NCBI GenBank assembly: GCA_051362555.1 | Contig: CM120646.1 | Coordinates: forward strand, 10,230,001 to 10,294,000 | Source: Lingula anatina | Taxonomy: Eukaryota > Animalia > Brachiopoda | DNA length: 64,000 nucleotides | Direction of reading: 5' to 3' | Shown: positions 40,640 to 51,791 of the stretch, piece by piece | How the letters are laid out: every line of letters starts with the position of its first letter | Numbering within the stretch: position 1 is the stretch's first letter | The notes under the pieces: model-generated | What the model was told of the DNA's origin: nothing | The model's database searches: none | What the model saw: the letters and a program-made list of their open reading frames with translations, nothing else | Translations under genes and position numbers: made by a program

Positions 40640-42152
40640 ACTGCAGTAAAGTAGTCATTTACACAGCTGAAACTAACTTTCACCACTATATACTCCATAT
40701 ATATAGCTGTGATCATACTCAAAGACTACTAATTTTGTAACCACCGATTAAAACTGTGACTGTTAGATGTCATTGTGCAGTTTGTTTCCACATATTAGGC
40801 ACCATGAGCATGTGATATGTACATGATTGCAGAAATAGCACATATATTTTCACCACATATTTTGTACATAAACAAATGAACAACCATCAACAGCTGCTGT
40901 AACTCCTTTGCTACAGAACATACAGTGTGTTAATGTCTAAGTGTGCTTGAGATTTATTTGATCAAAGTTGTGTGTGCACAATGAATTGGCCAAAAAGAAT
41001 GAGGATGAGGATACTGTAACTTACCACTTTCAGTGTTGGTCATTTTGTAGTCCTTGTGGAGGACTTAAGTGAACATACTTTGACTGAAGCAGCTGGATTA
41101 GGTTTGAATGGCTAGTGGCAGGCTTACAGTATGTGACCCATATGGCAGAAATGTAGGGTATCAGTTTTGTGTAGCAATAAAAATTGACGACTTGCATACG
41201 CTGCATGCACACACTAACACATGTGCACACCACTTTTGTCCACATCTTATGCAAGTTTAAGGTTATAGTATTTTTATAAAGCAAAAATCAAAAGGACAAA
41301 CTTATTTACCTGTTGAAATTACAGTCGGCAGGTTCAGGTTTTGTTTGAATGTACATAGCATGGTCATGGTGAGTTGATCTTTTGCACTTATTCTATTAAA
41401 ACCATCCATTTTGACTCATATCAATTTTATCCATATGTTGTATTCAGTATAGCAGTTTAAAACAATTTTATTTTTTACTATCACCATATGTTGAATGTTA
41501 CCAATCATTTACTAAGCTATTGTTACTTTCTACTTGTGTTAGTGCTCAAAGGCCTTCTGTGATTACCACTACATTTTGATTGCATAATGTTCCCAGATGT
41601 ATTTTATACTCTTTTGTATTCTTCAGTCTTCAGTTGATTAGGTTGTTGTTTAATGTGTCAACAGAACAGACTGTAAATCAACAGTTTCAATGTAACACTT
41701 GTTCTACATGACAGATGTGATGATTTGGAAGGCATTTATTATTTAAATACTTTTCTGTTTCAAGATTCATTGTTAAATATTTTGATTAATATTTTCATTT
41801 TAACTACTAGTATTATGCTATATGAAATAATTATTATGAAAAATAAAGGTTTATAAGTGTTTTCTATCATTTGGTCATTTATTGTTGACAAAAACTTACA
41901 TGTACGCAGTACATAATGCAGAAATATTTTTGTCGGATGGCGGTAGGTTTACCCAGACGACAAAATAACGTTACGTGTGAAAAGACGGCGTGAACACAAA
42001 AGATATTTATATAAATAAAAGCATATCACCCGTTTTAGCAAATTTACGAGTGTCCCTTGTATGATCATCAAGCGGGAAAAGAATGAAAGGGACCAATAGA
42101 CTTGTGAAGATTCTTTTGTCTATAGCTACTTATATTTGTCTGGTCTTACCAG

Positions 42153-42190
42153 CCTATATTTCATCTGCTTGCAGTCAGACTTCATCAGGG
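42153..42190 (-). ncRNA. Minimal type-I hammerhead ribozyme-like motif (pseudo-LTR copy 2)
   Basis: Reverse strand cc-CTGATGA-a-gtctg(actgcaag)cagat-GAAA-tata-gg: core boxes, stem II, short palindromic stem III with an AUA triplet, and a cc/gg stem I. Confidence 0.6.
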
Positions 42191-42477
42191 AATGAGGTTG
42201 TGATAGGTGTGACAACCTATCACCCCCTCTGGTGTGCTATTTGGTCAGATCCCCCCTTGCCTGCCCCTCCCTTAGGAGTGGTAGGTAGAGATTGGGTAGC
42301 TCAGTCCCATCATTCCGGTTCAGCTTGGCCCCATGTAAGCGGATGTTAATCGCTTCAAGAACTTTCCGGTGTAGGTCCCGTGGCTCTCTTCCCAAGATTT
42401 TTATGTCTTCTAGGGTTGTTTATGTTATACAATGCCCTGTTTGTTCCTGGTGTTGTCACAACTATCACAACCTCATT

Positions 42478-42515
42478 CCCTGATGAAGTCTGACTGCACG
42501 CAGATGAAATATTGG
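42478..42515 (+). ncRNA. Minimal type-I hammerhead ribozyme-like motif (pseudo-LTR copy 1)
   Basis: cc-CTGATGA-a-gtctg(actgcacg)cagat-GAAA-tattgg: conserved CUGAUGA and GAAA boxes with stem II. The cleavage-site region appears degenerate. Confidence 0.55.
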
Positions 42516-42658
42516 CTGGTAATACCAGACAAATATAAGTGGCTGTAGACAAAAAGAATCTTCACAAATCTATTACAATAACATAACTAATAAAACTTTT
42601 CTACACGAAAGGAACCAAGCATTAAGTACCATGGACTTGCTTGTTTTTTTTTCCAGCA

Positions 42659-45600
42659 TCATACTACATGAAATTTCTTTTTTTCTAAAAATTTGATATA
42701 TTTCTTAACACCAAACGTGAGCAGACGACAGTACTCCTTCCTCATGATAAACCCGCTGGTCCATTTTGACGGTGGCATTTCCAATGTTTCTCCAAAGGTT
42801 GCGTTACTTTGACAAAATTCCGCCACCTTACTATTCACTGCCTTAAAATTACGGACTTCATTGAAGAAATCAGTATTTTGGTTTTCGAGCACTTTTTCAA
42901 TCCTCAACTTAAAGTAGTCGTAGAGAATATAGTCGGCATAGCTCAGCTCTCTGTATCTTTTAACTACCGTTGGATCATCGACTTCTTTAACAGCCGAGTT
43001 ATAATCCTCTGAAAAAGAAGAGCCAGTTTTTTGCTGAGTGTAGAAAAATTCATGTGTTCCCCAGCACAGCATTCTCTTCAGCAGTATCAGGCATTCCTCA
43101 AAATATTCCAAAACTATTACAAAATCAAATTCTCGGTCTATGTGGTATACATATTGCCTGGCCTCCTCTACTGCGTGGGGAGTGCTTTGGGTGGTGTTGG
43201 CCGGAACCTTAAACCCAAGGTAACGTATCATTCGGTTCCAAAATCTGGCTGCCTCAGGGGATGTATATAATGATGAGTTAGAAAAAAACATTTCCAGCTG
43301 GTTTTTCCCTTCGAGTCCAAAGTATGCTCCCTTATGACGATAATTAAAAAAAGATTTAAAGGCACTCAGTGGTTCTCTAATAATTGTCACATAAAAGGCA
43401 TCATTTGGTACGAGGTGCTCATGATCTTTGACAACCTTATATCTTACGTGGCTTGCGAATATGTCATGCTTATCACGTTGATGATCGCTGTCGTTCAGAC
43501 TTCTCAGCAAGGAAACCAAGTTAAACTTACTGCCAAGAGGGAGCGCCGTTTTTAAGCTGTGCCGGAATCCATATCTTAGAATAATACTGGAAAGGGTAGA
43601 ACTACCGCACTTGGGAACTTTGATGAACAGGACGTGTTCCTTTGGGGTACATGGCATGGACGTGACGGAGGCGTTCCAGACGTCCAGGAGACTTCGTGAA
43701 CGGTATCTTGGGTTAGCAGCATGTTGTCTTTTATGCGAGGCTGCTCTATCGTCGTCTTTTTGGATCCTGCAATTTTTAAATCAAATTTAGATCACACATC
43801 ATTTTTATATGGACACTTCATCTTAAGGCTTTAGTACTCTCAACCGATGTGTTGAGAGAAAGGGGGTCCACGATTCATTTCCCGGCCTAAGAGCGCCTGC
43901 TGTCTCTACGCTAGGCTCACAATACCCTCTACCAGACCGACAGATTGATTTTCCACAGATATTCACAAATAGGGGAGACCGGGGCAAACCCCGGGGTAAG
44001 TTGGCTCCCCGTCAATTTATGAAAAAGTAACTACGAGGTAAAAAAAATTGGCCACATACTCTCGTGAAGTGACCGTAGCCTACAATGCTAAGAAGTTAAA
44101 AAGTTTTAATTAAGCGGTGAGTCCAAATAAACGATTTTTGCACCTAAAAGTAATCTTGTTTAAGGGCGCATTCCCATAGATTTTAGATCGATCTATCCCC
44201 GTGGGGAGTCTTACTAGATTACTGTCAGATAATCCGGCTTAAATGTCCGTCCCGCCAAGAAGTTTTAAAGAAGTTATAACTTCTTGGTCCCGCCTACTAC
44301 AAGCTGTGAGGGGGTAATTAGCTTTCGTGCCCGCTCGGCTGACAGTTATTTATCGTGAACCCCCCCCCCCCCCCCCCCCAGGGAGTAAGGTCGATCTAGT
44401 TGGATCGATCTCATCTCTGGGAATGGGGTCTAAGAGGTTTAAAAATCTATTTTTATAGGCTTTTGATCGAATATAATATATGTATAGGGCATCAAACAGA
44501 AGCTCATTGTTACAGGTTTCACTGAGATGTATCGTCGTTGCTCATTCTAGCACTATAAATGGCCGCCAGCCTTTAAAATAAATAATGTGCACCCGGGGCT
44601 AGTTGGCCCCCTTGGCTCGGGGCAAGTTGGACCCTCATATTACCCACAATCCTTTGCGCGCAACAGAGCAAGAGACCATTGTTTAAACAAACTCAATGGT
44701 TTGTTAAATAATTACCAGTTTAAAACTGAATTTGTTAGTTTCTTTTAAAACGAAAATTTATTATTCATTTTCATTCATTAAAAACCTGCTTTATACCATT
44801 ATTAACTTATTCTTAATTAAAAGAAAACAAGTTTTATTAATAGATACATGTATGTTGGTTCTTGCAACACATACAGCGTGTCTTACGGAACCCTCAATAA
44901 ATCTGCCTCATTTGAACTATATGTTCATCAAAGACTCTCAAAAATCAATTTAATAAATTAGAAATGTGTAAAAATGTATTTCAAGGCGATTACATGAGAT
45001 ACTTACTTTATTTTCCTGACGTCAATTGCGTTTTTTTTTTTTTTTTTTTTTCATTTTTTGTCAAATTATGAGCCATCTGGCATTATATTAAAAAAATAAT
45101 GACGAACGTTGCATACGTAGCTTAGTTCATGGGGCTGGCTTTGAAACCGGTTTTGTTACTCTAACTCATTCCAAAAGTGTCTGACTGGGCCAACTAGCCC
45201 CGGTCTCCCCTATGTCTCTATTCCCATAGATTGTAGATCGATCTATCCCCGCGGGGAGTCTCACTAGATTACTTTCAGATAATCCGACTTAAATGTCCGT
45301 CCCGCCTACTACAACCTGTAAGGGGTTAATTAACTTTCGTGTCCGCCCGGCTGATAGCTATTTAGCGTGAATCCCCAGGGAGTTAGGTCGATCTAAAGTA
45401 GGTCGATCTAATCTATGGAAATGGGGTGTATGTCTCTAGATAAATAGACAGTTATTTTGGTCTGATGTCAGCTTCACTTCACTTCAGCCCAAAATGTCCA
45501 CAATAATAACTGCGGTTCTGGTAGAGGGTAGGCTCACAGCATTAGTATGGAAGGTGAAGCAGGAAGGAAAGGTCTAGTTGTGGCTGCATTGTCAATTCTG

Positions 45601-46812
45601 AATGATAATTCAGAGAGATCCACATAAAACAATTTTAAAGTATGCTCCCAATGACATTTTTACCGGAAGAACTGTAAGCATTGGTTCACAAATAAAAACA
45701 AAGGCTATTTATTTTGTGACCCTCTAGCAGTTTGTTCTCAACCAGATATCCTTACGGTTACAAAACTGATTGAAGGACTTCCCGGTTTCTGTAACTGCTA
45801 GAACGGCCTCCGTAGAAATCTAGAGAACAGGCGAATTGTTGGGTAACGTCCCCCTCTCCCCATACTGCCCCGCACCGACATGTCCCTGCACCGACACTCC
45901 ACCACACCAATAGGCCTACTCCCCTTTACCGGTACAACCCCCCTGCCCCCGACAGTACACAAAATTTTATCCAAGTCAAAAAATACATTTTTCGTAAAAC
46001 AGACCTCAGAGAGGAAAGATAGATTCAAGATCAAACAGATTCATAGAGAGACCAGCAGTACATTTTAAAAGGCATGATCTTTTATATTTGGAAAATATTA
46101 AGAAAATGAGGCTTTAAACTAAGTTTTTACCTATAACATTATGGTTAAATGAACCAAGCTAGGATCCAATATATTGGATCTATGAACCAAGGAGTTGTAT
46201 CCCATTCAACTCCTGTACTGACCAGAAGCTGGAAATTTCTAACTGTGTTAGCTTATGGTCAACCTGGTCGGAGGCCTTCATCAGACTGATGTCAGTAAAA
46301 AACGTCACTCACTATCCACTAGGTGATATAGCGGCTAGATCCCTTTTATAAATCTCAGTTCGACCATGCCCCCTGCCCGCCACCCCAATTTCTGGGTGCT
46401 TGGTGACAGCTGACGTTGATTGCCTCTCGTATCTTCGGTGGGATGTCGGATGACTCGGATTCAAGAATTTTAGTTTAATTCCAGTCAATGCTGTGACCAG
46501 TGTGTATAACATGCTCAGATGGCATAGCTGCTTTTGCCTAGTAGTACAGTCACAGATTTCTTGTGTTCATTTCATCTATTATAGATTGTGTACAAGAACC
46601 TTATTATACAATCAAATGACCACGCTATGAAAATTTTGCCCAGTCTTTACCTGTTTACAAAAATCATGATATGTTACTCACCCCTCATTGTCTGGCAGGA
46701 TCAGCCATACTAAGACGTTCCATACAATAACAGTGTACAGAAGTAACAGAGAGAACGCGGTCCAAAATGTTACTCTTTTATAACGCTCGGTCAAGACGGT
46801 CTTCAGTTGCAT
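42659..46812 (-). CDS. Galactose-3-O-sulfotransferase family protein (GAL3ST-like, type II Golgi membrane), 2 coding exons, ~412 aa
   Basis: Exon 46682-46812 (MQLK..TM FWTAFSLLLLYTVIVWNVLVWLIL) joins exon 42659-43766 in phase 2. Motifs: 5'-PSB-like FIKVPKCGSSTL, 3'-PB-like TIIREPLSAFKSFFNY, family-typical FDFVIVLEYFEECLILLKRMLCW and DYILYDYF. Confidence 0.9.
44164..44430. mobile_element. Harbinger-like MITE; second copy at 45221-45428
   Basis: Imperfect TIR (cattcccatagat..atctctgggaatg) flanked by TAA on both sides. A closely similar copy lies ~1 kb downstream. Confidence 0.75.
44256..44286. mobile_element. 31-bp palindromic micro-insertion with 7-bp TSD (GTCCCGC)
   Basis: gtcccgc-CAAGAAGTTTTAAAGAAGTTATAACTTCTTG-gtcccgc. 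The paralogous MITE copy has a single gtcccgc (empty site) at 45299-45305. Confidence 0.85.
46159..46184. mobile_element. 26-bp palindromic micro-insertion with 7-bp TSD (AACCAAG)
   Basis: aaccaag-CTAGGATCCAATATATTGGATCTATG-aaccaag. Confidence 0.7.
46225..46590 (-). mobile_element. Second Penelope-like GIY-YIG remnant with a degenerate hammerhead motif, in the GAL3ST intron
   Basis: The minus strand reads HVIHTGHSIDWN*TKILESE...KIREAINV. It is followed by ctgatgaaggcctccgaccaggttgacca (CTGATGA at 46278-46284, GAAA box mutated). Confidence 0.7.
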
Positions 46813-48126
46813 TTTGCCGTGTGTTGTTGTCCCATCTAAACGTAATGACAGTGAGCTGATGGTTTGCCTCTTAGGTGAAATAGACTCTAACATATTGCAG
46901 GTTTTATTAATTTTTGATAGCACTATCAGTTTGTGACAATTCATCTCCGCGTATTCTGTTTACTAAATGAATTGTATAACTTTAACAAATATGCATTCGC
47001 CAATGACAAAATAAATATTAAGATAGCAAACAGTTTCCAGCTGGAATTATAACAAGTCGTGATTGTCTCTCACATACTGGTACATTACGTGTCACACACG
47101 AAGCAGGTCATATAAGGTCCCCTACTTTGTTCTTAAATGCCTTATAAGCTCTCCAACCCTTTATTAAAATAATCTCTCTCTCCCTCTCTCTTTCTCTCTC
47201 TCTCTCTCTCTCAGTTGTGTGGAAAAATGGAGGCGGTGCGAGAATACTCAGCACAACAAGCTTTTCCATTACTTTCAGTTGTATGTCAGTGCCTGCGTCT
47301 AGGAAAAGATCATGTTTGCCCTCTGTTTTACTAATACATTTTGCCAAAAAAATTCTTTTGACTTGATGATCCAATATAATACTTAGTATGTGCCACAGAA
47401 ATTTATATAATATATAGGCCTATGTTTTTCACATTTATACGTGAGGTAACGTGGCAAGCAAAGATTCCAGAATACTTCTATAAGTTAATATTTCTATAAT
47501 AATAATATTTCTATAGGTTGTTAACAATGTATTTATTGGGAAGTATGAATCTCATACGAAGAGTTTTTATCCTTAAAAGAAAGACAGGAGGTATTAAATA
47601 ATGGTTTTAAAATAGTTTTAAAATTTCTAAATTTGTTTTATTCAAAGGTTATCTATACGAAGACCCGTCCCTGTATTAGGATTCGATATTTAATACAATC
47701 TTTGATTTCATAATTTTGTTCTAAAAGACTGGCCAGTTATTTACAACAACATCTGCCTTCCTTGCTGGTACATCCACAATACACATATCGGGCATGGCTT
47801 CCTTTTCACTGTATGGCACTATGCACTCTTGAGTATTGACGTGGTTTAATTAAGAAATAGACACTAAAACTCACAGAAAGGGGCAGAGGATGGGATTTAG
47901 GTGTTGTGGAGCGTCGATTTGCAGTAATACCCGTATAATATATAAGTATCATACCATAAAAAGCATATATTCAAGGGAAAATTCAATCAAGTAGGCCTAC
48001 TTTTTTCTCGAGGTGTTAAAAAATTATTTCCACTGTTAGAATATTAAATTTTATGACTTATTCCCATATGTAGGCTATATATTCACGCGGCATAAAAATG
48101 GGCGCCCCTCCCCCCCCCCCCCCCGC

Positions 48127-48159
<33 letters not shown>

Positions 48160-50830
48160 GTTTACGCATCTAGCTCTAAAGACTGACATGACTGGAAAAA
48201 TGACGGGAGTAAGCCTCCGCCCCCCCCCCTCCTCTCTCCCGCCAGCTACATCCACCCAACCCTGCCCCTTTTTCCTTCAACTCTATCGTTTGCTGGTTCG
48301 TATCCCGCGTTTCTCTACAGCGAAGCTGTTAACACGGTCTGCAACATTTCGGGGAGAGTGAGGTGAAATATAGATTCTGCCAAGATATCTGCAAAGTTTT
48401 AAGGCGCAAAACTGGAGAATTTGGTCAGTTTTTCATCCTTTATAAAGTTTTTAATATACTCTGCTTTTCAGTGGTTCCAGGAGTCCTAAATATTTTGCTG
48501 GCATTTTGATAATTTTCTCTTTTGTGTTTCCCCGAAAAAACGTCCATACACAAAAATCGATAACCGTATGGGATTTTTATACAGGCAATTGACCTACTTT
48601 GGGCAAGTGCAGTTATCAGCGCTATTTAACAATTTTATGACTTGGGCGTGGAAACGTGATTCACGTTTGTGATACCAATTTTTTTCTTACAGTGATGTGA
48701 TTAATAAACAGTGCGTGTCGATCACATCTTTCAAAGTTTTTTTTAGCATAAAGATGCTTTTCTTTTTGAGGATAACGGGAAATGTGTACATAACTCAAAA
48801 TCAAGAAAATACTGCATTTTTCTCTTATATGCAAATTAGATTGCCTTGGGTAATAATCTGGCCGGAAGTTCATATCTCTGAACGAGACCGGCGTAAGCAC
48901 CATCTAAATGACGCTGCAAACGAAGTTGTCAACCGGAAGGCAATCAGAAGTGGATTCAAATGTTTTTGATAAAGATTTTTAATTAAGTTTTAGTCTGTAA
49001 ATGTACAGAGCTGAAAATAATTTGAATTTGCACTAATGAAGCTATTGAACAAAATGCTAAGTGAACCGAAGAAAATTGTCTGATTTTCTTATACTTACAT
49101 CTACATTCACAAATAAATGAAATTCAGTGCAACATTCATGTGTTAATACACTGGCCAAGACCCCAGTCAACTACTGTATATGGCATCATTCTCACCAGAA
49201 TAACTTGAAACTATATGTGGTGGCATTTGGTCGGATTTCTGTAGAAATTTGACATGCCAACTCGCTTTAAATGACCCTTAAAGATCTGTATATGTTTTTA
49301 GCCTTAGGTTAAATATATGGTCATGTCAACGGATATAAGCTCCAAAGTAAAGTTTTTAAGTTTTAAAAATGAATTTTAAAGGATACCCGAATATAGGTTT
49401 CTACCAGTAACTTGGTTATAAAACATCCATAAAAGGTGTGTTTTGCCTTGATATAAAGCAGTCTGTCGGAGTCGATGCGATCTGACCTCCTCCAAACTAT
49501 AGCTGAAGCCATGCCATTGGTATTAGGAATCACATAATTGCAGTCAATGCCAGACGGATTGCCGTTTCAAGGCGAACTGTTACATATTTCGTATCAGAGT
49601 GCGGTAGTCCATGCAGAGGATAGTTTCAACCAGCAGTGTGCATGTGTAGCTTCTGGTGAGTACAAAGGTCACCAACGCTCGTTCAGACCATACCACTATC
49701 AACATTTTCAGAAGAATCCACACTAAATTTATTATTATCATTGCTACAAAATTACGGATCCATCATTGGCTTTTGTCCTTTTCGCCTAACTCAACCGTAA
49801 ACTCATCCAAAGCATTTACCACTTACATAACTAAACAGCCATGTTGCATCCTGTATAGTTGCTAGATTTCAATGACATAGTTTGAGTGGAATAATAATTA
49901 ACATGCAGTAAATCATGGTCAAGATCAATTTATGAGTTCATATCGTTAGATAGACGGGGCTTCAAGATACAATTAACAAGGAAATTGACCAGGTTTATCG
50001 TAGAGACTAAATTACATTTAATTTAAAATGCTATTTAGATAAATTGTATTCGTTGCCGTGCTCTATTTTGTCATTAAAAATGAGGCAATTTGCATGTCAT
50101 GTAAAGTTTACAATGCCGATAGACAGAAGAATTACCCCATGCGTGTTGCTTTTCTGTATGTTCGGTGTAATATTACCTGCATGAGTCACTGCCAGTCCTG
50201 ATACAACAGTGCTTCTTTCTCCTTCTTTTATTTTCTCCCTTTCATTTCAAATTATGTTCCTATTTTTAAAAAACAGTGTAGTTTATTTATCGTGAAAGGG
50301 ACCATGGAGACAAAGGCGACTCTTTCGTATGAAATCAGATAGAACAAAAATATATAAGATCGGAAGAGAAAGACAGACGTCATGACAAAGAACAACAAGC
50401 AATACGCAAAAATAGACAAATAAAAAGTGAGTGGGCATTATGCACCGACATTTTTGTCTTTAAGCGTATTAAATTGACGAATGTTTAATTTAGATTCTTT
50501 AAAATAATTCGGCGGGTTCAAGTCTTAACTTCTCCTATTAAAATTCATTTTCAGTCTTCGTTTACTATGTGAACAGCGTTTTAGACGTTATGTTGCAAAA
50601 TCAGTTTTAATTCAATGTCACATGAGATCAACAATTGGACATTAACCTGAACTCACTCACCAAGTTGTCTGACATTGGCAAATTTATGTGTTGCAATTTT
50701 AAGCAGCTTTCCAGTGGGAACTTTAATTACATCTGTCCACCTCTATATAACAGATACGATAGCGCAGGGTTTGTTCTTCTCTAACGACAGCTGTATCCGG
50801 CGTGTACATATTGTGTGCAATATCAAAGTG

Positions 50831-51756
50831 ATGGAGCCAATACAAGTGGTAGTTTTAGTGGTGAGTAGGCAAACGCTTCATATTGGCATGTTAAAGTTTT
50901 CATCGTGACTTTGGCCGACATACTATTGAGGAAAAAACATTTAATTTTTTTTTCTGAAAAGGCAATCGACTACCAGCCTTGGACACTGGGATCAAAGGTC
51001 CGTGTCGTTGCATGAGAGCGGAATGAATTAACAATCCCATGACAAAATACTACATCATGCAATGGAATAATTTCCCCGCCTAAATTCCCTTTGTCGAATT
51101 TTTATCAGATATCTGTGTTAACCATTGAAGATGCTTTATTTTGCACGGGTGTCTCACTTTACGTGACTACACGCCGTTTCTATCCAGGCGCTGTTTGTCT
51201 CCGCTGATGGCGCTGTTAGACAATTTAGGCTCTCTGACGTCCCCAGGAACCTACGGCCTTTCAAGTGTAACGAACTGGCCTGCAACTCGGACTGTTCGGA
51301 CATAGCCCCCTGTGAAGTTGAAACTGACGCCAGAGTTAGATGCGTGGACAATCGGTGGACGACGCCGGACGGCATTTTACATGGACACTGCCACCGTTAG
51401 TTTCCCAACGCCAACTAAATAACATGATTAAAGCAATAGATTTGCGTGTGGGTTCGGGCATGCTTGTGTGCAGGGGCGGATATTTGAAGGGGGGTCCGTG
51501 GATGCAAAGCCACCCCCCACCCCACCGCCTTAAACTTGGCGCGGGGTTCGGGACCCGGTGAAGGCTCCCAACAAATTTGGTAATTTAGAGGGTGCCGGTG
51601 CCGGTGAACGGTGCGGCTTGGTACGGTTTAGAACTATGGTTCAGCTAGTCAAAATTCTAATTTCAAGAGGGGACCATATGAGTGTTTTTTTTTCAGAAAT
51701 TGAAAGGGGGGTCAGGACCCCCCCCCCCCCCCGACACTCCTCTTAATCCGCCAGTG

Positions 51757-51791
<35 letters not shown>

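Larger units (their letters stand above)
42095..42574 (-). mobile_element. Penelope-like retroelement 3' remnant (GIY-YIG C-terminus) flanked by inverted pseudo-LTRs
   Basis: About 120-bp inverted arms at 42095-42216 and 42452-42574. The spacer on the minus strand reads [48 protein letters not shown], typical of the C-terminus of Penelope-like GIY-YIG endonucleases. Confidence 0.85.
43972..45210. mobile_element. Non-autonomous Tc1/mariner-pogo-like element
   Basis: TIR GGGGAGACCGGGGC / GCCCCGGTCTCCCC, TA duplication, and internal repeats of the TIR motif (ccggggctagttggccc). Confidence 0.8.
43923..45530. mobile_element. Outer MITE (TIR TACCCTCTACCAG, ~9-bp TSD) hosting nested insertions
   Basis: Flanks are ggctcacaa and ggctcacag. 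An uninterrupted copy at ~62355-62498 shows the empty internal sequence. Confidence 0.8.

Noticed and set aside
42083-42552. Two ORFs on opposite strands sharing ATYICLVLPA.ISSACSQTSSGNEVVI, resembling duplicated secreted peptides
   Set aside because: They are the two arms of the inverted Penelope pseudo-LTR read on opposite strands, not genes.
49500-49865. Moderately GC-rich stretch with short ORFs
   Set aside because: No recognisable motif or consistent splice structure could be built.
50955-51045. tRNA-like segment on the minus strand
   Set aside because: Only vague A/B-box similarity and no cloverleaf; at most a decayed SINE head.
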